From assembly GCA_013152485.1 (NCBI GenBank), contig JAADGG010000050.1:10090-74089 (forward strand): DNA of 64,000 bases, read 5' to 3'. Within the stretch, counting starts at the first letter, position 1, and each line of letters begins with the position of its first letter. The translations under genes were made by a program, and so were the position numbers. The notes under the pieces were generated by a model. The model was given only the letters and a program-made list of their open reading frames with translations, was not told the DNA's origin and ran no database searches. This DNA is from Nitrospirota bacterium. Lineage in GTDB: Bacteria; Nitrospirota; Thermodesulfovibrionia; Thermodesulfovibrionales; JdFR-85. This document shows positions 1 through 8,158 of this stretch, one piece after another.

Positions 1-1
1 G

Positions 2-127
2 GATATCATCGCATACGTTGGGTCGACAGGCAATACCACGGGGCCTCATGTCCACTACGAGGTCTGGATAGACAAGAAACCCGTCAACGCCAAAACTTAT
101 CTGGGGGTAAAGAAAAATGTTCAATAA
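2..127 (+). CDS. C-terminal fragment of an M23/LytM-family metallopeptidase (5' end lies outside the window)
   Basis: Frame-2 translation is DIIAYVGSTGNTTGPHVHYEVWIDKKPVNAKTYLGVKKNVQ*. It contains the STG..GPH.H.E zinc-ligand motif typical of M23 peptidases. The stop at 125-127 overlaps the next gene's start. Confidence 0.7.
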   Translation, partial: DIIAYVGSTGNTTGPHVHYEVWIDKKPVNAKTYLGVKKNVQ

Positions 128-539
128 GAAGAACGACCGTATCGAAACCCTTATCGGCAGCAACACCACCATCAAAGGAGAGATCGACATCAAGGGGACC
201 ATCCGCATCGACGGAAGGTTCGAGGGAACGATCAAGGCGGACTGGATCGTGATCGGTGAGAGCGGGTATTTGAAGGGTGACGCACTCGCCGACGGGGTGA
301 TCGTCGGCGGAACCGTCGAGGGCAACATATCCACCAGGGAGTCCGTGGAGATAAACTCGAGCGGCAAGGTGGTCGGGGACGTCCAGACACAGAAACTCGT
401 TATAATAGAAGGCGGCCTCTTCGAGGGACGCTCAAAGATGCAGAAGGAAGAGACAAAGGTGGTCGAACTGCCGAAGGGACAGAAGGCAGAACAACTGAAA
501 AGTCCGGGTGAAGCAGTCGCGAAGAATATATCAAAGTAA
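117..539 (+). CDS. Bactofilin (polymer-forming cytoskeletal protein, DUF583 type)
   Basis: 140 aa with the repetitive beta-helix pattern IKGEIDIKGTIRIDGRFEGTIKA...VIVGGTVEGNI...VEINSSGKVVGDVQTQKLVIIEGGLFEG and a charged tail, as expected for bactofilins. Confidence 0.85.
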   Translation: MFNKKNDRIETLIGSNTTIKGEIDIKGTIRIDGRFEGTIKADWIVIGESGYLKGDALADGVIVGGTVEGNISTRESVEINSSGKVVGDVQTQKLVIIEGGLFEGRSKMQKEETKVVELPKGQKAEQLKSPGEAVAKNISK

Positions 540-2448
540 CACCACACTCCAGGAAGCCGTCGGCAGGTGGCTCGAGGCGATCGAACCCCTTGCCCCAAAA
601 GGGGGCGAAAGCGTTCCGGTGCCCCAGTCCGCCGGCAGGATCACAGCCCGAGCCATTCACGCCAGGATATCCTCACCCTTCTTCCACTCCTCTGCAATGG
701 ACGGCTACGCAGTACGCTTTCACGAGACATTCGGCGCCACAGAGACACGCCCGCTGCGTCTGAAGCTGAATGAACAGGCGATCCCTGTCAATACGGGCGA
801 ACCCCTGCCCCGGGGGTTCAATGCGGTCATCATGGTGGAGGATGTCAGCGTCGAGGGCGATTCCATCGAGATAACCGAGTCCGTCACCCCGTATCAGCAC
901 GTGAGGACCGTGGGAGAGGACATCGTCCAGACCGAGCTGATCCTGCCCGAAAACCAGAGGATCAGGCCGGTGGACATAGGAGCCATACTCGCCGGCGGGC
1001 ACACCGAGGTCTCAGTCAGGAAGAAACCGCTCGTGACCCTGATACCGACCGGGAACGAGGTGGTGGAGCCCGGGACCACGCCCCTCAGGCCGGGCAACAT
1101 CATCGACTTCAACAGTTACATGACAGGCGCCCTCGTAGAGCAGTGGGGAGGGGAGTACAGGCGGGAAGGCGTTGTCCCGGACGACAAGGAGCAGCTCAAG
1201 GAGACGGTCCTGGCATCATTGGAGGTGAGCGACCTCGTTGTGGTCATAGCGGGCTCTTCTGCAGGCACGAGGGATTTCACCCCGGACGCCGTGGGAGAGC
1301 TCGGCAGGGTGATCGTCCATGGCGTCAGCATAAAGCCGGGAAAGCCCGTGCTCCTCGGCATCGTCGATGACAGGCCGGTCATCGGGCTTCCGGGTTATCC
1401 GGTCAGCGCATACATAACGTTCGAGCTGTTTGCAAAACCGCTGATTCACCGCCTGCTCGGCATCACGCCCGAGAGGCCCGACACCTTGAAGGCGCGGCTG
1501 TCGAGGCCGGCTGCCTCTTCCCTCGGACAGGAGGAGTTTATGCGGGTGAAGGTCGGAAAGGTAGGTGACAAATACGTCGCCACACCGGCAGGCAGGGGGG
1601 CGGGAGCCCTGATGACGCTCCAGAGGGCCGACGGGATCGTGCGCATACCAGCGATGAACGAGGGAATCGCACAAAACACCGAGGTCGACGTGACCCTCCT
1701 GAGGTCACGTGACGAGATAGAGAATACGGTCGTATGCATCGGAAGCCACGACAACACCCTCGACATACTTGCAAACCTCCTGAAGAAGCGCTCCCATTCC
1801 TACAGCCTCTCCTCCGCACACGTCGGATCGATGGGCGGCATCATGGCAATCAAGAAGATGGAGGCGCATGTAGCCGGAACACACCTCCTTGACGAGCCCA
1901 CGGGCGAGTACAACGTTCCGTTCATAAAACGGCTCCTCGGCGACGTACCGCTGCTGCTCGTCAACCTCGTCTACCGCCAGCAGGGACTCATCGTCAGAAG
2001 CGGCAACCCGAAAGGCATCAGGGGCATAGAAGACCTTACCCGGAAGGGGGTCGTCTTCATCAACCGGCAGCGCGGCTCGGGAACGAGGCTCCTGACGGAC
2101 AAGTGTCTCAGGGACGCCGGCATGGACCCGGGAAAGATAGAGGGCTACGACCGGGAGGAGTATACCCACATGGGCGTGGCCTCTGCTGTCGCCACGGGGG
2201 TGGCGGATGCAGGCATGGGCATTCTCTCGGCCGCCGCGGCACTCGGACAGGAGTTCATCCCAGTGGCAAAGGAGAGGTATGACCTGATCATTCGGGGAGA
2301 GTACGTCGAAACACCGAAGATACAGTCACTCCTCGGTATCCTGAAGTCCGACGAGGAGTTCAGGGACCTTGTGGCCGGCCTCGGAGGGTATGACCTGAGC
2401 GACATGGGCAGGGTCATCTACTCCACCCTCGATTCCCGACACGGGTGA
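508..2448 (+). CDS. moeA: Molybdopterin molybdenumtransferase MoeA fused to a C-terminal periplasmic-binding-protein-like domain
   Basis: 646 aa. The N-terminal two thirds carry MoeA hallmarks (SSPFFHSSAMDGYAV, GEDI, IAGSSAGTRDF, SIKPGKP, GLPGYPVSA). The last ~230 aa (CIGSHDNTLDIL...GSGTR...GVADAG) resemble a PBP-like domain. The GTG start at 508 is uncertain. Confidence 0.8.
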   Translation: MKQSRRIYQSNTTLQEAVGRWLEAIEPLAPKGGESVPVPQSAGRITARAIHARISSPFFHSSAMDGYAVRFHETFGATETRPLRLKLNEQAIPVNTGEPLPRGFNAVIMVEDVSVEGDSIEITESVTPYQHVRTVGEDIVQTELILPENQRIRPVDIGAILAGGHTEVSVRKKPLVTLIPTGNEVVEPGTTPLRPGNIIDFNSYMTGALVEQWGGEYRREGVVPDDKEQLKETVLASLEVSDLVVVIAGSSAGTRDFTPDAVGELGRVIVHGVSIKPGKPVLLGIVDDRPVIGLPGYPVSAYITFELFAKPLIHRLLGITPERPDTLKARLSRPAASSLGQEEFMRVKVGKVGDKYVATPAGRGAGALMTLQRADGIVRIPAMNEGIAQNTEVDVTLLRSRDEIENTVVCIGSHDNTLDILANLLKKRSHSYSLSSAHVGSMGGIMAIKKMEAHVAGTHLLDEPTGEYNVPFIKRLLGDVPLLLVNLVYRQQGLIVRSGNPKGIRGIEDLTRKGVVFINRQRGSGTRLLTDKCLRDAGMDPGKIEGYDREEYTHMGVASAVATGVADAGMGILSAAAALGQEFIPVAKERYDLIIRGEYVETPKIQSLLGILKSDEEFRDLVAGLGGYDLSDMGRVIYSTLDSRHG

Positions 2449-2631
2449 CCCGTTAGATCAAGATAGAGTGTCCGTGAAATGAGCTGTTGTTTGTACAATA
2501 GTGTCCGGTAAAAACACGGGAACCTAATTATTGCCCCGGCAATCAGATGTAACCCTTTCATAACGCAGGATCAAGTCCGGCATGACAGACTAATGCCCGG
2601 ATACAGGGATAAAGAGGCTCGATTATGGAAA

Positions 2632-2784
2632 GGGAGCGGTATGACAGACTCTGAACGGTTTCAAGTATCACAAGGGCTTCATCTGGATGGTGAAGCGTGA
2701 TACTTGCCTCGGAGTCCAGGCCGGATGTCTGGACGAGCCGGACGCCGGCACGGGAATGAGTGAAGAGTCTGTCATACTGCTCCC
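2632..2784 (+). repeat. 153-nt inverted-repeat element: a 21-bp closing stem enclosing three internal hairpins (candidate structured ncRNA or MITE-like element)
   Basis: 2632-2652 (GGGAGCGGTATGACAGACTCT) pairs with 2764-2784 (AGAGTCTGTCATACTGCTCCC). There is one non-Watson-Crick position, which is G-U only on the + strand. Internal hairpins are 2662-2706, 2714-2734 and 2737-2749. Confidence 0.5.
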
Positions 2785-2983
2785 AACAACCATAAGCCTA
2801 TACTGTCCTGCTATTACTTGCTCTCTTTATCGAACAGTGTTGTTCGCGGACATCTTTTATGATCTGATGCGAGAGCTTGTATTTTATCCCTCCATTGTTC
2901 TATAGTCAGTAATCAACAGTTCTTCCCTTAATTTCTCACCTCTTCACGACAGAAGCTGCACAACGACAAGAACGAGGAGAAAG

Positions 2984-4246
2984 ATGCTGACCGTATTGCA
3001 GGTGGCGACACTCAATCAGCCCATAAGGTCGGACCTGGGCTATGGTCCGATAGAGACGGTGATCCACAATATCGACAAGGGCCTCCATACCATGGGGCAC
3101 CGCTCGATCGTGGCCTGCTCCGGGGATTCGTCCGTCAACGGTGAACACTCGGTCACGACAGAGCAGAGCATCGGCGACTACTGGAACGAGGACAGTTCCG
3201 AAAAGCGCAAGACCCTGGGCATACACCTCTCGAAGGCTGCAGACAGGATAAGGGCAGGCGATATCGACGTCATACACACTCACGACCTCAGAACCGCAGA
3301 ATACATTTACGACACTGTATCCGACATGCAACTGCCCATAGTGATGACGCTTCATGTAGCGGCAAAGAACTATCTCATGGAGGGGACCTACCGGCGCTGG
3401 TGTCATCCCATGTCGTCTCCCGGAGTGTACTGCCTCCCCATCAGCGCCTATCAGAAGCAGGACTACGAGGGACTGAACACCGGAGACGTCGTCCATCACG
3501 GGATCGACTTCGAGAAGTACCCCCACAAAGACAGCCCCGACAGGGAGGGCTATCTGTTCACCATAGGCAGGGTCACCCCGGACAAGGGTCAGGACAAGGC
3601 CATCGAGGTTGCAAGGAGGACAGGATCGAAACTCATCATAGCCGGCTGCGTCCAGGACAAGACCGCAGACAGGGATTTCTTTGCCGGGTTGAGGCGCTCG
3701 GTCGACCTCTTCGTCGACGTCGGCAGGGAGTCCGACGATGGGGACTATCATGAGAACGTCATAAGGCCGTTACTCGAGAGCGACAAGCAGATCATCTACA
3801 TAGGAGAGGTAGGCAGCGAACACAAGAAACTGTGGTACCGGCACGCGCGTGCCACCCTCTTCCCAATACAGTGGGGAGAGCCGTTCGGCCTCGTCCTGAT
3901 CGAGTCCATGGCATGCGGCACACCGGTCATAGCGTTAAACAGGGGGGCTGTCCCGGAAATAGTTGCAGACGGCAAGACGGGGTTTGTCGTGGACTCTCTC
4001 GATGCAATGATCGTGGCGGTCTCCTGCATAGACGGGATCGACCCTTGCGAGTGCCGCAGGCATGTTGAGGAAAACTTTTCAATAGAGAGCATGGCCTGCA
4101 AATATTCGGGGCTGTACCGGAAGGCCGTTGCCGGACGCACGGCAATGTCGGACGGACGCAATCCGTTGTTGATAGACTACATTCCGGAAGCCCGGGGCTG
4201 CGGCACCACAGTCCGCGGAGACCAATGCCAAAAGACATCCCTGTAA
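2984..4246 (+). CDS. Family 4 (GT-B, group 1) glycosyltransferase
   Basis: 420 aa. The C-terminal half has the GT4 pattern (FTIGRVTPDKGQD.AIE...LIIAG...IYIGEV....K..WY..A.ATLFPIQWGEPFGLVLIESMACGTPVIA...GAVPEIV.DG.TGF). Confidence 0.8.
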   Translation: MLTVLQVATLNQPIRSDLGYGPIETVIHNIDKGLHTMGHRSIVACSGDSSVNGEHSVTTEQSIGDYWNEDSSEKRKTLGIHLSKAADRIRAGDIDVIHTHDLRTAEYIYDTVSDMQLPIVMTLHVAAKNYLMEGTYRRWCHPMSSPGVYCLPISAYQKQDYEGLNTGDVVHHGIDFEKYPHKDSPDREGYLFTIGRVTPDKGQDKAIEVARRTGSKLIIAGCVQDKTADRDFFAGLRRSVDLFVDVGRESDDGDYHENVIRPLLESDKQIIYIGEVGSEHKKLWYRHARATLFPIQWGEPFGLVLIESMACGTPVIALNRGAVPEIVADGKTGFVVDSLDAMIVAVSCIDGIDPCECRRHVEENFSIESMACKYSGLYRKAVAGRTAMSDGRNPLLIDYIPEARGCGTTVRGDQCQKTSL

Positions 4247-6186
4247 GCAACGGCAACCTCCTGTGCAACTTCGACCAGGACTACAGGATCAGGGACCTCT
4301 ATTTCCCGCTGATCGGCCAAGAGAACCACTCCAAAGGACGCCCCTTCCGGTTCGGTGTATGGGTCGACGGACGATGCTCATGGATCGGGCCCGAGTGGGA
4401 GAAAGACCTCAGGTATCACGACAACAGCCTCGTTACCCTCGTCTCCCTGAAAAACGAGTCACTGGGGCTCGAGCTCCGGTGTCACGACACTGTCGATGCC
4501 GACTCCGACGTCTACATAAAGAAGATCGAGGTCACGGACACGATGAAAAAGGAGCGCCGCATAAGGCTGTTCTTCTGTCACGACTTCCATCTCTACGGTA
4601 ACGACATAGGTGATACCGCCTATTTCGACCCGCGGACTCGTGCCATCATACACTACAAGGCCAACAGGTATTTCCTGATCTGCTGTTCCGGAGCCGGACG
4701 GCACGGGGTTGAACACTACTCGTGCGGTGACAAGGAGATGCCCGGGAGGGAAGGAACCTGGAGAGATGCCGAAGACGGCGAACTGAGCGGAAACCCGATC
4801 TCCTGGGGCTCTGCCGACTCGACAGTGGGAATATGGTTGGACCTGGCCCCGGGAGGGAAAGCCACTGCTTATTACTGGATAGCGGCAGGGACAAATTACA
4901 GGGACGTGGCCGGACTGAACCGCGATGTGATGAACAGATCCCCGGAGGAGTGTATCAGAAGGACGTCAGGATACTGGAAAACATGGGTCGGTAAGGAAGA
5001 GAGGACCTTCGGAGATCTCCCAAGGGCGGTCATCGAGATCTTCAACCGCAGCCTCCTCGTTCTCAGAACACAGATCGACAACCGCGGAGCCATAATAGCC
5101 GCCAACGACTCGGACATCGTACGATTCGGAAGGGACACCTATTCATACATGTGGGGCCGCGACGGCGCATTCGTAGCAGCCGCACTGGCAAAGACGGGTT
5201 ACTCGCATGTCTGCATGAAGTTCTTCGACTTCTGCTCCCGCGTCATCTCGGAGGAAGGCTATCTCTACCAGCATTACAATCCGGACGGGTCTCTCGCCAG
5301 CAACTGGCACTCCTGGCTGATCGACGGCAAGGAGGTGCTCCCCGTGCAGGAGGACTCGACGGCCCTGATCCTCTGGGCGCTATGGATCCACTACGACTGT
5401 TCCAAGGACGTAGAGTTCATCAGGTCCCTCTACAAAAGACTCATAAAGAAAGCAGCCGGCTTCCTGCTGGCTCACCGTGACCCGGAAACCCTGCTGCCCA
5501 TGCCCTCATATGACCTCTGGGAGGAGCGCTACGGAGTACACTCGTTCACCACTGCGGCAGTGATAGCAGGGCTCGGGGCGGCGGCGAGGTTTGCAAGGCT
5601 GTTCGGGGATTCCGCCCCTGCAGTCGAGTATGAAACCGCGGCCCTCCAGATGAGGAAAGCCCTGAAGCGGCACCTATACCATACCGGTCTCAGAAGATAT
5701 GCACGTTCAGGATACAGAAACGACGATGGGTATGAGCTCGACGAGGTGATAGATGTCAGCCTGATGGGACTTGCAACCCTGGGAGTCTTCTCCCCGGAGG
5801 AACCCGAGATCGTCGAGACGGCGGAGGCCGTACGCGAACAGCTTTGGATAGAAACCCCGGTGGGAGGATACGCCAGATACCAGGATGACGTCTACCAGAG
5901 GCCTGTAGATGCGCCCGACGGCACTCCCGGCAACCCATGGTTCATCTCGACACTCTGGCTGGCGGAATACCTCGTCTCACGCGCGAAAGACCTGAGGGGA
6001 CTTCACGAGGCCCTGCCCGGCATCCACTGGTGTGTAAACAACGCCCTGCCATCCGGCGTGCTGGCCGAACAGCTGCATCCGCTCACCGGGGCTCCGCTCT
6101 CCGTCTCACCGCTTACATGGAGCCACTCCGCTTTCGTATGGGTGGCACACCAATACGCCGAAAAGTTCACTTCGATGAAGAGTTGA
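4225..6186 (+). CDS. Glycoside hydrolase family 15 (glucoamylase/glucodextranase/trehalase-like)
   Basis: 653 aa with an N-terminal beta-sandwich followed by an (alpha/alpha)6 domain. Motifs seen: YSYMWGRDGAF, LPVQEDSTALILWAL, PSYDLWEERYGVHSFT, GNPWFISTLWLAEY. Overlaps the GT4 gene by 22 nt. Confidence 0.85.
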   Translation: MPKDIPVSNGNLLCNFDQDYRIRDLYFPLIGQENHSKGRPFRFGVWVDGRCSWIGPEWEKDLRYHDNSLVTLVSLKNESLGLELRCHDTVDADSDVYIKKIEVTDTMKKERRIRLFFCHDFHLYGNDIGDTAYFDPRTRAIIHYKANRYFLICCSGAGRHGVEHYSCGDKEMPGREGTWRDAEDGELSGNPISWGSADSTVGIWLDLAPGGKATAYYWIAAGTNYRDVAGLNRDVMNRSPEECIRRTSGYWKTWVGKEERTFGDLPRAVIEIFNRSLLVLRTQIDNRGAIIAANDSDIVRFGRDTYSYMWGRDGAFVAAALAKTGYSHVCMKFFDFCSRVISEEGYLYQHYNPDGSLASNWHSWLIDGKEVLPVQEDSTALILWALWIHYDCSKDVEFIRSLYKRLIKKAAGFLLAHRDPETLLPMPSYDLWEERYGVHSFTTAAVIAGLGAAARFARLFGDSAPAVEYETAALQMRKALKRHLYHTGLRRYARSGYRNDDGYELDEVIDVSLMGLATLGVFSPEEPEIVETAEAVREQLWIETPVGGYARYQDDVYQRPVDAPDGTPGNPWFISTLWLAEYLVSRAKDLRGLHEALPGIHWCVNNALPSGVLAEQLHPLTGAPLSVSPLTWSHSAFVWVAHQYAEKFTSMKS

Positions 6187-6225
6187 TGCCGGACACCGGC
6201 CCGTAGTCCCAAACCGCGCACCATG

Positions 6226-6456
6226 CTACTCGACGGCAATAAATGTCTCCGTCCTCGTTATGCCCCTGATCTTTCTCACCTTCTTAAGGATTCGCGTGAA
6301 GATTTCGTTGATATCGTTTGCCTCCAGTACAGCAATGATGTCAAACTGTCCCGTAACGACATCGGCGTTCACTACTCCGTTGATACCCCTGAGGGTATCC
6401 CGTATGTCCCTGTCCTTGCCCGGAAGTACGTTTGCAAGCATGTACACACGTGCCAT
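6226..6456 (-). CDS. Stand-alone Lrp/AsnC-type ligand-binding (RAM) domain protein with no HTH
   Basis: 76 aa from the internal Met (MARVYMLANV...VNADVVTGQFDIIAVLEAND...TRTETFIAVE). A strong SD (AGGAGG, 5-nt spacer) precedes ATG 6456. The longer ORF start at 6510 has no SD. Confidence 0.7.
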   Translation of the reverse strand: MARVYMLANVLPGKDRDIRDTLRGINGVVNADVVTGQFDIIAVLEANDINEIFTRILKKVRKIRGITRTETFIAVE

Positions 6457-6627
6457 GGTCTCCTCCTTTGAGGCTTGCGCCGTATTTGGTTTGTATCCCA
6501 GAACGAACATCGCACTCCTCCCGCCTCGAGTGCATGGAACGCACGGCAGGCGGCCTTCGGACTATAGATAAAGCATACCAGATAATCACCGTCATGACAA
6601 CAGGTCGGGAGTCTCAGAGTCAAACCG

Positions 6628-6657
6628 TTGACACCTCGTGTCTGTATGCTGTAAATT
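6628..6657 (+). promoter_or_regulatory. Candidate sigma-70 promoter for the response-regulator gene
   Basis: TTGACA (6628-6633), a 17-18 nt spacer, then GTAAAT/TAAATT (6651-6657). The ATG at 6667 is only ~10 nt downstream, so the leader would be very short. Confidence 0.4.
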
Positions 6658-6666
6658 AATTGTACC

Positions 6667-8073
6667 ATGCAGAGGATTCTCGTAATAGACGACGATGTAA
6701 CGGTTAGGGACGTACTCAAGGACTTCCTGATCTCGGAGAAGTACAGTGTCAGCCTTGAAGAAAACGGCCTGGACGGTCTCGAAAGGCTGAGAAAAGAGTA
6801 TTTCGACGTGGTCTTCCTCGACCTCGCCATGCCAGTAATGGGAGGGATGGATGTACTCAAGGCGATGAAGGATACCCCGAATGCCGACACCCCATGCATA
6901 ATCATCACCGCCTACGGTACGGTCAAGAACGCTGTCGAAGCCATGAGGGCCGGTGCGTTCGACTACGTCACAAAGCCTTTCAGACTCGACGAACTGGGCA
7001 TCATCATCAGGAAAGCCCTCGAGGTGGCAAAGCTGAAGAAGGAGAACATCCGGCTGAAGAGGGAGCTCAAAAAGCGCTATGAATTCCACGGTCTGATAGG
7101 TTCGTCACTCGAGATGCAGCGGGTTTACGACCTGATAGAAAAGATCGCAGACACCGACAGTACGGTACTGATCACGGGTGAAAGCGGCACGGGGAAAGAG
7201 CTCATTGCAAAGGTCATACACTACAACAGCTACCGCTCCGGCAAGAACTTCGTTCCCCTGAACTGTGCGGCGATACCGAAGGACCTGTTGGAGTCTGAGC
7301 TGTTCGGTCACGAGAAGGGGGCCTTCACCGGAGCGATAAACACGAGGGTCGGCAGGTTCGAGCTCGCAAGCGGCGGCACACTCTTTCTCGACGAGATAGG
7401 GGAGCTCGATCCGTCGCTACAGGTCAAACTGCTGCGGGTGCTCCAGGAGAGGGAGTTCGAGAGGATCGGCAGCACAAAGACTATAAAGGTGGACGTCAGG
7501 ATACTCGCAGCCACCAACAGGAACCTCGAAGAGCTCACCAAGGAGGGCAGGTTCAGGGAGGACCTGTACTACCGTCTTAACGTGATTCCCGTCCATATAC
7601 CTCCCCTGAGGGAGAGGAAGGAAGACATCCCGGTACTGATAGAACACTTCCTCAAGAAACACGCAAAGGCCAAGAAGAGACGCCCGCCCGAGATATCAAA
7701 GGACGTGATGGACGTCCTGCTCAGATACAGATGGCCCGGAAATGTCCGTGAACTCGAAAACCTGGTAGAAAGGCTCACCATACTCAACCCCGGACAGGCC
7801 ATCACGCTGAAGGACCTGCCGGAGAGGTTTCAGGCCCTCGCCCCGGCTGCGGGGAAGCCACGGGCTGCAGGCTGCCCGGAGGACATGTCCATCCCCCCGG
7901 AGGGGATAAACCTCAACACCGTCATCGACAACCTGGAGAGGAAGCTGATCACAGAGGCACTCGAGAAGTCCAACGGAATAAAGAGCAAGGCAGCAACCCT
8001 GCTCGGACTGAACAGAACGACACTCGTCGAGAAGATGAAGAAAAAGGGCATCTCGACAGCGTCAAAAGATTAA
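6667..8073 (+). CDS. Sigma-54-dependent response regulator (NtrC family: REC + AAA+ + Fis-type HTH)
   Basis: 468 aa. REC domain with acidic pocket and acceptor Asp (VIDDD...FLDLAMP...TAYG...KPF), Walker A GESGTGKE, the GAFTGA sigma-54 contact loop, and a C-terminal HTH (KSKAATLLGLNRTTL). Confidence 0.92.
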   Translation: MQRILVIDDDVTVRDVLKDFLISEKYSVSLEENGLDGLERLRKEYFDVVFLDLAMPVMGGMDVLKAMKDTPNADTPCIIITAYGTVKNAVEAMRAGAFDYVTKPFRLDELGIIIRKALEVAKLKKENIRLKRELKKRYEFHGLIGSSLEMQRVYDLIEKIADTDSTVLITGESGTGKELIAKVIHYNSYRSGKNFVPLNCAAIPKDLLESELFGHEKGAFTGAINTRVGRFELASGGTLFLDEIGELDPSLQVKLLRVLQEREFERIGSTKTIKVDVRILAATNRNLEELTKEGRFREDLYYRLNVIPVHIPPLRERKEDIPVLIEHFLKKHAKAKKRRPPEISKDVMDVLLRYRWPGNVRELENLVERLTILNPGQAITLKDLPERFQALAPAAGKPRAAGCPEDMSIPPEGINLNTVIDNLERKLITEALEKSNGIKSKAATLLGLNRTTLVEKMKKKGISTASKD

Positions 8074-8127
8074 CGCCCACCGTCCCCACCCTCCCATATT
8101 CCCCTGAATATTCGGTCGCTTATCCAC

Positions 8128-8143
8128 TGGCATGTTAGTTGCT
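8128..8143 (+). promoter_or_regulatory. Candidate sigma-54 (-24/-12) promoter
   Basis: TGGCATGTTAGTTGCT matches TGGCAY-N5-TTGCW with exact spacing. It lies directly downstream of a sigma-54 activator gene and upstream of the TPR/kinase/regulator genes. Confidence 0.5.
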
Positions 8144-8158
8144 TCTCTATTCTCCACG

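Noticed and set aside
2687-2905. 72-aa + strand ORF inside the 535-bp gap
   Set aside because: It starts inside the hairpin-rich element, has no SD and has atypical composition. The region is better explained as structured non-coding DNA or RNA.
2936-3751. 271-aa minus-strand ORF antisense to the GT4 gene. It stands for a whole class of long antisense or off-frame ORFs: 8612-9460, 10212-11024, 11058-11867, 19283-20272, 22818-24110, 23978-24793, 24827-25522, 31201-32013, 50653-51741, 52378-53475, 53503-54171, 57089-57949, 58718-59398, 59997-61139, 61638-62750 and 63020-63619.
   Set aside because: Each lies entirely opposite or out of frame to a gene with clear family motifs. Their translations are Arg/Pro/Gly/His-rich low-information sequence with no recognisable motifs and no SD. 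This is the expected by-product of the host's codon bias, which leaves few stops on the complementary strand.
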